Origin: Eubacteriales bacterium
GTDB taxonomy: Bacteria; Bacillota; Clostridia; Oscillospirales; CAG-272
Reading direction: 5' to 3'
Length of the DNA: 64,000 nucleotides
Assembly: GCA_045656745.1 (NCBI GenBank)
Contig: JAZORT010000023.1
Span: 28,901-92,900 of the forward strand
The notes under the pieces: model-generated
The model's input: the letters and a program-made list of their open reading frames with translations, nothing else
Told to the model about the DNA's origin: nothing
Databases searched by the model: none
Translations under genes and position numbers: made by a program
Shown: piece after piece, positions 48,079 through 57,862 of the stretch
Numbering within the stretch: position 1 is the first letter of the stretch
Layout of the letters: each line of letters begins with the position of its first letter

Positions 48079-48840
48079 CTAAAAATTATCCGAACAGACA
48101 AAAGCTCCTTTTTGCGCTGAATACGTGATATCAAGTGTTTTTGAATCTATGGTAATTTTATACAAAATATTTTCTTGCTCGCTTGCAATGAGTTCGTCTT
48201 TGTTTTTAATAATGATAGTTGTTATATCTCCGTTTGTGATTACCTCGTATTCCGATTTTAAAATAATAGAATTTACATGGTTTTCAAACAAAGCGGGATT
48301 CTTTGTATAATCCATTTTTAATACGGTGCTGTACTCCGAGTATTCAGAATACAAGGGGTAATGTAACCAATATTCATAGGTTGTAACTACACCGCTGTCT
48401 GCGCATTGTTCTATGATTTCTTTGCTTGGGAAAAAATTTGGCAATTCTTCGTTTAACTTGTTGGAATCGGTTTGTAAATAATTGTTTAAATCCTCTGTGC
48501 GACTTTCAAAATCAAAAAACATAGGATTTAAAAATGCTCCAAACAAAAAGCTCGCGCACAGTATAATATGTAAAATAAATCCTACAGCAGATATGATTTT
48601 GCGCTTTGCAAAAAATGCTAAAACCAAAAAAACAACTGCCAATATAAGGAGCAAGTACAAGAACACAAGGCTTTTTATTGCGGATGCAGAATTTCGAAGA
48701 TGCGGATACAAGTATTGTCTGCTTCCGATATTATATCCATCTACAAGAAAGTAAATTGACAGTCCAATTACAATTGGCAATAAGATCAAGCAAAAAATCT
48801 TTGTATAACGTTTAATAAAAGACACCGATAACACCTCCAT
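48079..48840 (-). CDS. Hypothetical membrane protein with three TM segments and a soluble C-terminal domain (AT-rich)
   Basis: 253-aa ORF with hydrophobic N-terminal half; start uncertain. Confidence 0.65.
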   Translation of the reverse strand: MEVLSVSFIKRYTKIFCLILLPIVIGLSIYFLVDGYNIGSRQYLYPHLRNSASAIKSLVFLYLLLILAVVFLVLAFFAKRKIISAVGFILHIILCASFLFGAFLNPMFFDFESRTEDLNNYLQTDSNKLNEELPNFFPSKEIIEQCADSGVVTTYEYWLHYPLYSEYSEYSTVLKMDYTKNPALFENHVNSIILKSEYEVITNGDITTIIIKNKDELIASEQENILYKITIDSKTLDITYSAQKGAFVCSDNF

Positions 48841-49174
48841 ACTTATTATAGATTTCTTTAAATGGATCGTTGTTGTAACAAAAATTCATTAACGAAGGCA
48901 GAGCGAGTGTCGCTAGCGTTTATCCAGCGTATGGCAAGCACTCTATCAATAGTTTCCTTGTTTTTTGTTTCGGGAATGTTGCAGTGCAGAAATAGAAAGC
49001 CCGAGCTTTCTTAATTCCATTTTACCTCTTCGAAATAGGCTTTGTCAAGGAAATTTATGCCATTTTTGGAGCGGAATAAGAGAAAAACCGCGTGTTGCAC
49101 AAAAAACGAGGGGCGGATTGTTGAAAGTTGCTAAAAAAAACAGAGGCGCCTTATGAGTGCCTCTGTTGGGAAAG

Positions 49175-51577
49175 TTATTCCTTTTGTTCCTGCCAAAATT
49201 CGGTTATAACCTCGTTTAGCCTTTTGGGGTTATCAATAAATTTCACGCCCTGCCAGAGCTTTGGCAGGCTTTCTTTATATATCGGGTCGTCAAAGCGGTC
49301 GTCAATAAGGACGATAATTCCTCTGTCGTCCTCTCTGCGAATAACTCTTCCTGCCGCCTGAAAAACTCGGTTCATTCCGGGGTAAATATAGGCGTATTGC
49401 TTGCCTTCCTCGTATTTTTCCTGGTAGTATTCGGCAATAGCCTCTCTCTCATAGGAAAGCGACGGCATTCCGATACCAACGATAATCGCGCCGATAAGCG
49501 AGTCGCCCGCAAGGTCAATACCCTCGGCATAAATACCGCCCATAACGCAAAAACCGATAAGATATGACTTATCCTCCGCCTTAAAGCGGTCGAGAAATTC
49601 CGACTTTTCCGAGGGTGACATATTCTTTTTTTGCACAAGGATGCTGAGCTTTGGATACTTTGCCTCAAAGGCGCGGGCAAGAGCCTCGTTATACTCGAAA
49701 GATGGGGTAAAGACCATATAGTTGCCCCGCTTTGCCGAAACCGCCGCGGCAACAGTCTTAACGATTGCTAAAAGGGTGTCCTCTCTTTCGGAGTATCTGG
49801 TGCTTATCTTGTCCATAATGCTAACCGAGAGCTGCTCGGGCGCAAAGGGCGAGTTTACCTCTAGAACATCGTCACATCTCTCGCCGCCAAGGGTCTCGCG
49901 ATAGTAGCCGAGAGGGGAAAGGGTTGCGGAAAACAGCACCGCGCCCCGACCGAGAGAAAGCCGTTTTTTAATCTCACCGCCCGTATCAAGGCAGAAGAGC
50001 TTTGCTGTAATTTCACCGTCATTGTAAAAGACAAAAAGGCGGTAAGAGGAGTCAAATCTCGCTAAAGTGTCGGCAAATTTCTTTGTTTTGTAATAGAAAT
50101 CGCGCAGAATCTTTATCCTCTGTTCCTTTTCCTCGTCCTTTGCCGTAAGGTTTTGCTTTATCTCCTCGTCAGTAACCGAAACAAGCTCGTCAAAGAGGGT
50201 GTAGAGCCTTGTTGGAATATCCGAAAGACTAGCCGCACCGAGGGTAATCTCGTCCTTGGTTTTTCGAAGCTCGTCTTTAACGAAGGGGAAAAGGGTCTCT
50301 CTAAAGATAGAGGAAGCCGCCGCGGCAAGCTTTTTTACCGCAGAAAATGCCCCCAGTGTTTCGTTTGCCGAAAGCTCTAAAAGCGTGTCTGCCGAAATTT
50401 CTGCCGAGAACATCTCCCGCGCCCGCTCGCCAAGGTTGTGCGCCTCGTCAACAAGGATTGCAAAATCGCCCCCCGCCGTAAAGTAACGGCGAATATAAAC
50501 GATAGGGTCGAAAAGGTAGTTAAAATCGCAGATTATAACGTCGCAAAGCTCGGAATAAGCCAGCTCCAGCTCGTAGGGACAAACGGTAAATTCTCTTGCT
50601 GTTTTAACGACCTCACAGGCTTCAATAACGCAAATTCCCTTGTTGTAAAGGGCGAGAGTTGCCTCGGTCAGCCTCTTGCAGGGAGAGTTTTCGCATCCCC
50701 CGCGGCTTTCCTTGCAGCGGTGAGCGCCGATACAGCACTTGTCCTTGGCGGTAAGAATTATCGCCCGTATTTTCGCGCCGTTTTTTTCAAAAAGCTCGAG
50801 GCATTCCTTCGCCGCTTTTGCGGTGGTGGTTTTCGGGGTGAGGTAAAAGACCTTCTCGCACCTTCCCTCGCCCAGCGTTCTTAAAGCAGGGAAAAGAGCC
50901 GAAACCGTCTTTCCCGTACCCGTTGGAGCAGAGGCGTAAAGGGTGCCCCCGCGTGAAAGCGTGCGGTATGCCTGCCTGACAAAAATGCTCTGTCCCTCGC
51001 GGATTTCCTTGTAAGGGAATTTAAGGGCTTTAAAGGTAGGGAGCCTCTCGGTAACTCTGTCAATTTCGGGTCGGGCATAAACCGCCATAGCTCCAAGGCA
51101 TTTTTTGAAGAAAAACGCAAGCTTGTCTGCTGAAACAACCTCTAAACTTTCGGTAAAACGATCAGAGCCGTCACCGAAATAAACGAACCGCAAGGTTGCG
51201 CTCTTATACCCCATAGTCTCGCAGAGAATATGCCCGAGGATAAAGCCCTCGCCCCGCGCTATTGCCGCCTCGTCACGATTTGGCTTCGCCCTAAGGGAAG
51301 AAACCGTCTTGCCGAGAGTTATTCTGTCGCCGTCAACAGCACCCGCATCAGCGCAAATTTCAAAGTCAAAGCCCGAGGAAGAAAATTCAAAATAAAGGCT
51401 CTCGCCCTCGTGCTTTCCGATAATTTTCTCAAGCTTTCTTTTAGTAATATCTCTAAGGGCGGGGCTGTCCTCGTCCTTTGTCGAATAGGTAGAGAGCGAC
51501 CGCCTTGCAAGGGTAATAAGCTCTCTAAGCTCAACTCTTATTCTACCGCTTTCGGCATTATATTTCACCGCTCTCAC
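49175..51577 (-). CDS. ATP-dependent DNA helicase, DinG/XPD (Rad3) family with Fe-S cluster
   Basis: APTGTGKT Walker A, CPYE Fe-S ligand region, DFNYLFDP, VDEAHNL, FSATL, EGIDL, QAAGRVIR, LIDDRF. Confidence 0.92.
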   Translation of the reverse strand: MRAVKYNAESGRIRVELRELITLARRSLSTYSTKDEDSPALRDITKRKLEKIIGKHEGESLYFEFSSSGFDFEICADAGAVDGDRITLGKTVSSLRAKPNRDEAAIARGEGFILGHILCETMGYKSATLRFVYFGDGSDRFTESLEVVSADKLAFFFKKCLGAMAVYARPEIDRVTERLPTFKALKFPYKEIREGQSIFVRQAYRTLSRGGTLYASAPTGTGKTVSALFPALRTLGEGRCEKVFYLTPKTTTAKAAKECLELFEKNGAKIRAIILTAKDKCCIGAHRCKESRGGCENSPCKRLTEATLALYNKGICVIEACEVVKTAREFTVCPYELELAYSELCDVIICDFNYLFDPIVYIRRYFTAGGDFAILVDEAHNLGERAREMFSAEISADTLLELSANETLGAFSAVKKLAAAASSIFRETLFPFVKDELRKTKDEITLGAASLSDIPTRLYTLFDELVSVTDEEIKQNLTAKDEEKEQRIKILRDFYYKTKKFADTLARFDSSYRLFVFYNDGEITAKLFCLDTGGEIKKRLSLGRGAVLFSATLSPLGYYRETLGGERCDDVLEVNSPFAPEQLSVSIMDKISTRYSEREDTLLAIVKTVAAAVSAKRGNYMVFTPSFEYNEALARAFEAKYPKLSILVQKKNMSPSEKSEFLDRFKAEDKSYLIGFCVMGGIYAEGIDLAGDSLIGAIIVGIGMPSLSYEREAIAEYYQEKYEEGKQYAYIYPGMNRVFQAAGRVIRREDDRGIIVLIDDRFDDPIYKESLPKLWQGVKFIDNPKRLNEVITEFWQEQKE

Positions 51578-51599
51578 CTCCTAAATCTTTTCTAAAATG

Positions 51600-51628
51600 A
51601 TTTTACCATATAAAAAGGGCAAAGTCAA
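51600..51628 (-). promoter_or_regulatory. Sigma-A-like promoter of the helicase gene
   Basis: TTGACT-17 bp-TAAAAT with a TG extension on the minus strand. Confidence 0.55.
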
Positions 51629-51672
51629 TACAGACTCTGCCCAAAGCTTAAAATTCAATAGAATTTTAATAC

Positions 51673-52515
51673 TTAAATTTCCTCGTCCCTTTCTGCCTCC
51701 TCCGCAAAGGTTAAAAGCAGTCTTGCTTTGGTCTCTAACCACGCGGATTTTTTATCCTTAACAAAGGAATATCCCGCGCTGTAACCGCGAAAGCCGATAA
51801 TAGGCAGAGCCGAGAGCTTTATAATGCCGTCAATGATAACCGAGGGGGAAAGGTCGCCTCTTACGGTCAAAATCACCGAAACGGTGAATATCATACAAAC
51901 GCTTGAGGGAATAAGCCTTAAAAAAGCATACAAAAACTTCTTTTTTTCGGGATTTTCAAGCTCGCTTGACCCCGAGGACGAAGCCCCCGAAAGAAGCAGG
52001 GCGGGCGTTAGCTTTACCGCCTTCATCTTCCTTGCTTTAGAGAATATTTTCATCTCCCTGAGGGTGCGTTTTTCGCCTCTCTTAAAGCTCTCGTATTCCT
52101 CCTCGGTGTAGCCCGCCTCGGCAATAAATGTTGACCTGCGAAACTCTAACTCCTCAAGGGCGTATCTCTTGCAAAAGGCGCGGAGCTTTCGTATTCTGTT
52201 TATGCCGACTCTCGCCTTTGCGCTCTTGTATTTTTCGAGCGCTTCCTTATATTCCGGCGTACTCTCGCCAATCTTTTCGCCCGAGTCCTCAAGGGAAAAA
52301 TAGATGATGTAAGAGGAGCAGAGCATAGCCACAAGCATGGTGGTAAATGCCGCGCTTGTAAAGTCGGCAAGAGCAATATCCGCAAAGATAACAAGGGTGC
52401 AGACCGCAAGGGTGATAAGAGCTATTGCCTTGCCTGCGTTTTTTGCAAGAAAGGTGTAGCCGTTTTTCATAGACGAGGAGAGCGAGAGAAGCTCTCTGTC
52501 AAAGCCGTCCTCCAT
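51673..52515 (-). CDS. Hypothetical membrane protein (two TM pairs flanking a soluble domain)
   Basis: Hydrophobic pairs near both ends; start overlaps the upstream stop. Confidence 0.75.
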   Translation of the reverse strand: MEDGFDRELLSLSSSMKNGYTFLAKNAGKAIALITLAVCTLVIFADIALADFTSAAFTTMLVAMLCSSYIIYFSLEDSGEKIGESTPEYKEALEKYKSAKARVGINRIRKLRAFCKRYALEELEFRRSTFIAEAGYTEEEYESFKRGEKRTLREMKIFSKARKMKAVKLTPALLLSGASSSGSSELENPEKKKFLYAFLRLIPSSVCMIFTVSVILTVRGDLSPSVIIDGIIKLSALPIIGFRGYSAGYSFVKDKKSAWLETKARLLLTFAEEAERDEEI

Positions 52516-52874
52516 TACTTTTCACCCCTCTTCGCAATTTTAAAGCAAACGGCACCCAGCACGTTGCCGAGAAAGCCGAAAAAGGATATTACCGTCATCT
52601 GCTCCGCAATGCTCGAAAGGGTAAAGAAGATTGCAAAAAGTATGAGCCACACTGTGTAGGAGGCGGGTGAGGCAATTCTTTTCTTCACTATCTTGTAAAG
52701 GGGAATTGCCGAGATAAGAAGGAGCAAAAGCACTCCGCCGGAGAGCGCCTGAGCGCTCTCCTTCCATACAGGAAAATAGGATGCAGTACAAATAAGCGGA
52801 GGGGCAATACAAAGGGCTAAACCGAGAATTTGTAAAGCATACTTTGCAAAAACACTAGTTTTCTTATCATTCAT
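52515..52874 (-). CDS. Small four-TM membrane protein (holin-like size; function unassigned)
   Basis: About 119 aa, four hydrophobic segments, basic C-terminus. Confidence 0.7.
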   Translation of the reverse strand: MNDKKTSVFAKYALQILGLALCIAPPLICTASYFPVWKESAQALSGGVLLLLLISAIPLYKIVKKRIASPASYTVWLILFAIFFTLSSIAEQMTVISFFGFLGNVLGAVCFKIAKRGEK

Positions 52875-53598
52875 AGCTTTCAAGCTCTTTCCTCATCTCG
52901 TTGATTTTTGAACTCATGGCGTCCTTTTGATACTGAGGGAGCGAAGAGGATATGAAGATGTTGTAGAGCATATCCACCTGAGAATTCAGCAAAAGATTAA
53001 GCCTCTCCTTCTGCTTTTGATACTCCTCGGCAGAAATGAGCCTGCCCTCAAGCGACTCAACCGTCTTTCCCTGACTTTCAATAGCCAAACTAAGCTCTGT
53101 AAGTCTCTCGCCCAGCTTCTCGGAGTCAATTCTCCTTGCCTCAATCTCCTTGTCGGCTGACTCCTTCATTCTGCCAACCGTTCCGCTGATACCGCCCAAA
53201 ACACCCTTAACCGAGGGAATAAGCCCCCTCTTGTAAAAATAGCCTATCACAAGCGTTGCAAGAAGGCTGAGCGCTGAAAGAAGCTCGGAGGCGTGTGAAA
53301 ATAGCGCCTCGTAAATCATCGCAAAGCCGTTCTTTTCCACTTGCGTATCTGTTAATTCGTCCTTTCCGTTCGGGGTATTTGTGTCCTTTGACTCTTCGGC
53401 TTCGGCACCGGTTTTGTCAAGATCGGTCTCCTCGGCATTCGGCTCTGCGGTGTCGTTTTCTGCCGTTTTCGACTCTGTGACGAAGGTATCGTCGCCTTCT
53501 TCCTGGGGTCCCCACTCCTCGGCGTAAGCCACCGCCCCAAAGGAGCAAAGAATGGTAAAAATAAGGGTTATAAGTAAAATTTTAAAGCCTTTTTTCAT
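52867..53598 (-). CDS. Membrane protein with Sec-type signal, acidic region, TM segment and coiled coil
   Basis: MKKGFKILLITLIFTILCSFGAVAYA-EE signal, TM 'LLSALSLLATLVIGYFY', coiled-coil C-terminus. Confidence 0.75.
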   Translation of the reverse strand: MKKGFKILLITLIFTILCSFGAVAYAEEWGPQEEGDDTFVTESKTAENDTAEPNAEETDLDKTGAEAEESKDTNTPNGKDELTDTQVEKNGFAMIYEALFSHASELLSALSLLATLVIGYFYKRGLIPSVKGVLGGISGTVGRMKESADKEIEARRIDSEKLGERLTELSLAIESQGKTVESLEGRLISAEEYQKQKERLNLLLNSQVDMLYNIFISSSLPQYQKDAMSSKINEMRKELESYE

Positions 53599-53611
53599 AG
53601 ATTTTCCTTTC

Positions 53612-54007
53612 TTAAAAAATTTTAGTGTTATAAATTCGTGATTGCATTCCGTCGGCGCGGCTCTCGAGAATATTAAGCCTTTTTTCAAGCTCCTTTACAC
53701 TGTGCCAAAGCAGGGCGCACTCCTCTGCGCTCCTTGGAATAAGCGAAATCCCGCTATCCTCTTTTACAAAGCCCGAAAGCCTTGTTTCGCCCTCTGCGGT
53801 AAAGAGAATGGGGCGGTGCTCGCCCTTATCAAGCTGTGAAAGGTCTACCGTCGCAACTCCGTTAGCGAGCTTGTAAATTCTCGCTCCGATACGGATAAAA
53901 CCCTCAACAGAGCGGGGAAAAGCGAGATAAAGCACTTCCTTTTCGTCAAAGGAGAGGGCAGAAATTGCCGACTCCCTGCCGTAAAGCTGATATTTTATTC
54001 TGCTCAT
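53612..54007 (-). CDS. Hypothetical protein (beta-rich with C-terminal coiled coil)
   Basis: ATGA overlap with the upstream gene; start MSRIKYQ. Confidence 0.65.
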   Translation of the reverse strand: MSRIKYQLYGRESAISALSFDEKEVLYLAFPRSVEGFIRIGARIYKLANGVATVDLSQLDKGEHRPILFTAEGETRLSGFVKEDSGISLIPRSAEECALLWHSVKELEKRLNILESRADGMQSRIYNTKIF

Positions 54008-54363
54008 AGTCCGCACCTTTCCGAAAGCCTTGCAATAATAACGGGCAGGCTCTCGTCCCCGATTTTGATGTAAGAGGCAAAATATCCGTCTCTCAGGTCG
54101 CAAAAGAGGTCGTATAGGGTGTGCCCCTCTCCGAGACCGGTTGGTATTGATGCCGCAACCGACTCCTCGCCCTCTCGCTTTATATCGTCAATAAGGGCGT
54201 TTAGGACATCGACAATGTGCATCGGAAGTCGGTCGAATGCCGCCTTGATTTCCTCTGCGGAATAACCCTCGCCGCCATACACTCTGTCAGAGGCGGGGCG
54301 TGTGGGCAGAGAAGAAACTCTAAGGTGGTCGATTTCTTCTTTTGTAATTTTTGAACTTTGCAT
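54004..54363 (-). CDS. Phage tail fibre/needle N-terminal-like protein
   Basis: 'VSSLPTRP...SAEEIKAAFD' resembles N-termini of tail fibre proteins that follow the hub in Firmicute podoviruses (recalled, not searched). Confidence 0.55.
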   Translation of the reverse strand: MQSSKITKEEIDHLRVSSLPTRPASDRVYGGEGYSAEEIKAAFDRLPMHIVDVLNALIDDIKREGEESVAASIPTGLGEGHTLYDLFCDLRDGYFASYIKIGDESLPVIIARLSERCGL

Positions 54364-54389
54364 TTTTCTTCCTTTCTGTAAACAATTAT

Positions 54390-57020
54390 TTACTTATTCT
54401 TGATTTTTCCCTTGATTTTATAACGGTAGGAAAGGGAATGAATTCCTATCGGAGCGCGAAAATCCTCCGAGGATAAAATGTATTGCTTGTCTATCCAGCC
54501 TCGCTCGTATTCGCCTATTGCCACCGTTGAATAGCCGTGAGGGGCAAGGGATAGGCGTGAAAAATCGGGAGAGCTGAAGTCCAGAGCGCCGCTCTTTATT
54601 CGGCAAAGCTCCTTTTGCCCCCTTTTGTCGGTTTTCACCTTGACGCAAAGCTCCGCATCGGACATACACTTGAATTTTAAAACCGCAGAGGCTCTTACCG
54701 TGCTTTTTTCAAGGTAGGGAATACCGCAGCTGTCGGGCACTGTTGCCAAGAGATATTTCACTCTGTGGCGGTCAAAGGAATAGTAATAGGGGTGTATTGC
54801 ACCGCCCATAGAGCGTATATATTCCTCCTTGTCAATGCCTGTTCCGTTTTCAAGAGCAGGGGGCAGAGTTCCGCGCTTATCTGTGTTGAAAAGGCAGATG
54901 TGACCGCCCTCTGTGCCGAAGAACAAAAGCCCGTTAAGCGAGAAAATTTCGGTAGCGGGGTAAAAGCTTCCGCCCGCAAATTCCTCGGTTGGCTCTACGG
55001 CGTATTTTTCGCCGCCCTCAAGGGTGTAATACTCGAATGTACCCTCGCTGTTTTTCGCGCTGTAAACCGTCATCAGAGTTCTTTCTCCCTGCTTTGGGTG
55101 AAGAGCGTAGCCCTCCTTTGCCCTTGTGGAGTAAGCAAAGACACGCTCGTCATTTTCATAAGCTCCGATGCCATTAAGGTGATACCACTCGCAAAGATAG
55201 CCCTCACCGCTTTTGTATTTTGAGCGGGAGTCGGCAAGGAAAATCCTTGACCCTAAAGCAACCGCAAGGTATCCGCGCCAAAGGCAAAGCTTTGCCTCCT
55301 TTGTGTTTTCCGCAAGGAGCAGTGGCGCAATTTTCTCGGAAAGACGGCTTATTGTCACCTTGTCCGCGCTGTCGCAGTCTGCGGAGTAAATACCCGAGTT
55401 GCAGGCAAAAACCGCCTCGCCCTCAAAAACGCAGGAGTCCCTAGCCTCGCCCGAGGTGCTCTTTATAAGGTTTGCAGGGTAGCTTTTGTTTTCGCCCTTT
55501 GTCTCTCTTGTGTGGTAAAACATACTGTCGCCCGAGAAAACCAGAAGCCTTTCTCCAAGAGGGAGAAGCGAGCCTACGCCCTGACCGCCAGAGCCGTCTA
55601 TAAAGTAGTTATCTGTGCTGAAATAGGGCGGGAATGTGTCGGCGCTCTCAATATCCGCCGAATAAAACACCACACCCGGCAGATTTTCATTACCCGAAAG
55701 GAAAAGCCTTCCGTCAAAGCTGCAGGCAATACTGCACCCGAGAATAGCCTCCTCACCGCTTACCCTTTTTCCAAGCTCGGTAGAGAGAAATCCCTCGCCG
55801 CTCGGCGAAAAATGACCGTAAATTGTAATAGTCCTGCCGAGCACAGTATCTCTGTCGGGGCAGTCGATCTCAAGCTCTTGGGTCGAGTAGTTGAAGAAGT
55901 ATTCCATCGAATTTCCCTCGCAGGTAACCGTCATAATTTTGCGCACTCCCCCATACAAAGGAACGGTGATTTTCGCAGAGCTGTAATGTTGGTTTATCTT
56001 CAGCGTAATGTTGGTTAGCGTGGGCTTGTTTTCAACAGCCTCAAAGTCCTCTGAGGTGAGAGCATAGTTTATCTGTTGCAGGGAGGTGCAACCCGAAAGG
56101 GGGTTGTTGCCGAATTTTTTCAAGCCCTTGCCAATGTAGAGATGTTCGAGAGAGGAGCAGTTGCCGAAGGCTCTTATACCGATATATTCCACCGTATCCG
56201 ACAGCACAACACACCTTAAAGCGGTACAGCCCTCAAAGGCTCGGTTGCCTATTTTCTTCAGACTGTGGCTGGTGTATAAGTAAGAAATGCCGGTCTTGCC
56301 CTCAAAGGCGGAGTCTAAAATTTCAACAACCTTGTATTTTTCGCCACCGAGACTTGCGTAGGCGGGAATGTAAAGCTCGCCACTTAGATTTAACTCTATA
56401 CCGCTTACGGCGCAGAGCTTTTGCTCATAGTCGGTAACAATATAGGTAAGGGTGGGGGTGGCGTAAGAAAGGTCAATAGGCGACCTTACGGTAAACTGCT
56501 GATAAAACTCGCTTGTGAGAAGATTTCTGCCCTCGAACCTCTCGCCGTTTATGTGAGTTGTGGGAACATACGCCGACATACCGCCGTCCCCCGAGCGAAG
56601 AATGCTTCCGTCCTCGGTAACGCAAATAAACCTTTTGCCGTCAAGAATGAAAAGCCTGCCTCCAATGTGCGCACCGCAGCTGCGGGCGTTTTTTAACCCA
56701 TCCGCAATGCATACGGGAGAGGCCTCGGGGGAGCTTGCATCAATTCGGTAAAGCTTGTCTGCCGAGTGAATAATAAGATAGTCCCCTCCGTCGCAGCGGT
56801 GAGAGAAAATGCGGTTGATTTTTCCCCCAAGCCTTGCAATTTTTCGAAAACCCGGTATGCTTTCAAGGCAGCCTCCGCCCTCGTAATCAATATACATATT
56901 TTCAAGATATGCATAGCGCTTTTCGGCATCGGGAGAGTGGTCGGTAAGGTCAACACCGCGCAGGGAGCCGTAGTCCCTTGTGTATTCCGCGTTTGAATTT
57001 ATAATGTTTTTCTCTGCCAT
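54390..57020 (-). CDS. Podovirus-like tail hub/stabilisation protein with inserted BspA-type leucine-rich repeats
   Basis: Position after the adaptor, N-terminal 'LRGVD...ENMY...PGF', beta-propeller-like composition, internal 'IGNRAFEGCTAL...IGIRAFGNCSSL' repeats. Confidence 0.7.
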   Translation of the reverse strand: MAEKNIINSNAEYTRDYGSLRGVDLTDHSPDAEKRYAYLENMYIDYEGGGCLESIPGFRKIARLGGKINRIFSHRCDGGDYLIIHSADKLYRIDASSPEASPVCIADGLKNARSCGAHIGGRLFILDGKRFICVTEDGSILRSGDGGMSAYVPTTHINGERFEGRNLLTSEFYQQFTVRSPIDLSYATPTLTYIVTDYEQKLCAVSGIELNLSGELYIPAYASLGGEKYKVVEILDSAFEGKTGISYLYTSHSLKKIGNRAFEGCTALRCVVLSDTVEYIGIRAFGNCSSLEHLYIGKGLKKFGNNPLSGCTSLQQINYALTSEDFEAVENKPTLTNITLKINQHYSSAKITVPLYGGVRKIMTVTCEGNSMEYFFNYSTQELEIDCPDRDTVLGRTITIYGHFSPSGEGFLSTELGKRVSGEEAILGCSIACSFDGRLFLSGNENLPGVVFYSADIESADTFPPYFSTDNYFIDGSGGQGVGSLLPLGERLLVFSGDSMFYHTRETKGENKSYPANLIKSTSGEARDSCVFEGEAVFACNSGIYSADCDSADKVTISRLSEKIAPLLLAENTKEAKLCLWRGYLAVALGSRIFLADSRSKYKSGEGYLCEWYHLNGIGAYENDERVFAYSTRAKEGYALHPKQGERTLMTVYSAKNSEGTFEYYTLEGGEKYAVEPTEEFAGGSFYPATEIFSLNGLLFFGTEGGHICLFNTDKRGTLPPALENGTGIDKEEYIRSMGGAIHPYYYSFDRHRVKYLLATVPDSCGIPYLEKSTVRASAVLKFKCMSDAELCVKVKTDKRGQKELCRIKSGALDFSSPDFSRLSLAPHGYSTVAIGEYERGWIDKQYILSSEDFRAPIGIHSLSYRYKIKGKIKNK

Positions 57021-57022
57021 AT

Positions 57023-57844
57023 TTACGCCCACCCGTTAGTCCTTACCCGTTTTTGGTCTGCATTTTTTTGAGAGAGGGAAATCTCGCTTACCATACTCTC
57101 ATAGAGCTTCATATATTTTTCGGAAAGCTCGGGGTTGTCGTCACAGAGCATCAGCGCAGAGCAAAGGGGGCTGACAAGAGCCGAAAGACGGCAGGGAATA
57201 TCTATCTCATCCTCGTCGGAGCTTACCTGAAGCGGTCTTTTGCGGTAGGTCACCCTGATACACTCGGGGCAACCCTCGGGCAAAATCAGTCGAGCGCCCT
57301 CGGTGCGCCAGCCCTCAATTTCCGCGCCCCCCTCCTCACATACCGAGACAAAGGAGGAAAAATCGGGAGACCTTGACATATCAACAACCCATCCTCCGCA
57401 CTCGGGAATATCCTTCGGGTCATTCGAAAAGCTGTCGGCATAGCAGATAAATTCCACAAGGGTAAACCTGTAATCTCCCACAAGGCTTATCTCTCCGCCG
57501 TATTTTATAAAGTCGCGGAAAACAACCTCCTCCCCGTTAAAATCCTTTCTTGTGACCAAAGCGCCGTCCCGTATAATTACCGAGCCTCTGCCCGCAAGCT
57601 TCATGGAGTACGCCCTCCCCGCAAGGGGGAGGGTTTTAGTTTCGTATCCTTGGTGAGTAAGACCCTTATAGCGTGACAGTACGGGCAAAGTTTTTTTAAA
57701 AATCCTTTTCTCTGCGACAAGGCCGAGCCTTGAAAAAATCATGAAAAGGGCGCGCCTTGCCGAGCTTAAAAACAATCCCTCGTTTTCATCGGGAGAAATA
57801 AAGCACAGCGAGTAAACTTCGTTTTTTAAATCCCTTAATGTCAT
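57023..57844 (-). CDS. Head-to-tail adaptor-like protein
   Basis: MTLRDLKNEV N-terminus, 'YRKRP...DEIDIP' C-terminal motif, position directly after the capsid gene. Confidence 0.6.
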   Translation of the reverse strand: MTLRDLKNEVYSLCFISPDENEGLFLSSARRALFMIFSRLGLVAEKRIFKKTLPVLSRYKGLTHQGYETKTLPLAGRAYSMKLAGRGSVIIRDGALVTRKDFNGEEVVFRDFIKYGGEISLVGDYRFTLVEFICYADSFSNDPKDIPECGGWVVDMSRSPDFSSFVSVCEEGGAEIEGWRTEGARLILPEGCPECIRVTYRKRPLQVSSDEDEIDIPCRLSALVSPLCSALMLCDDNPELSEKYMKLYESMVSEISLSQKNADQKRVRTNGWA

Positions 57845-57862
57845 TTAACGGTCCTCTCTTTT

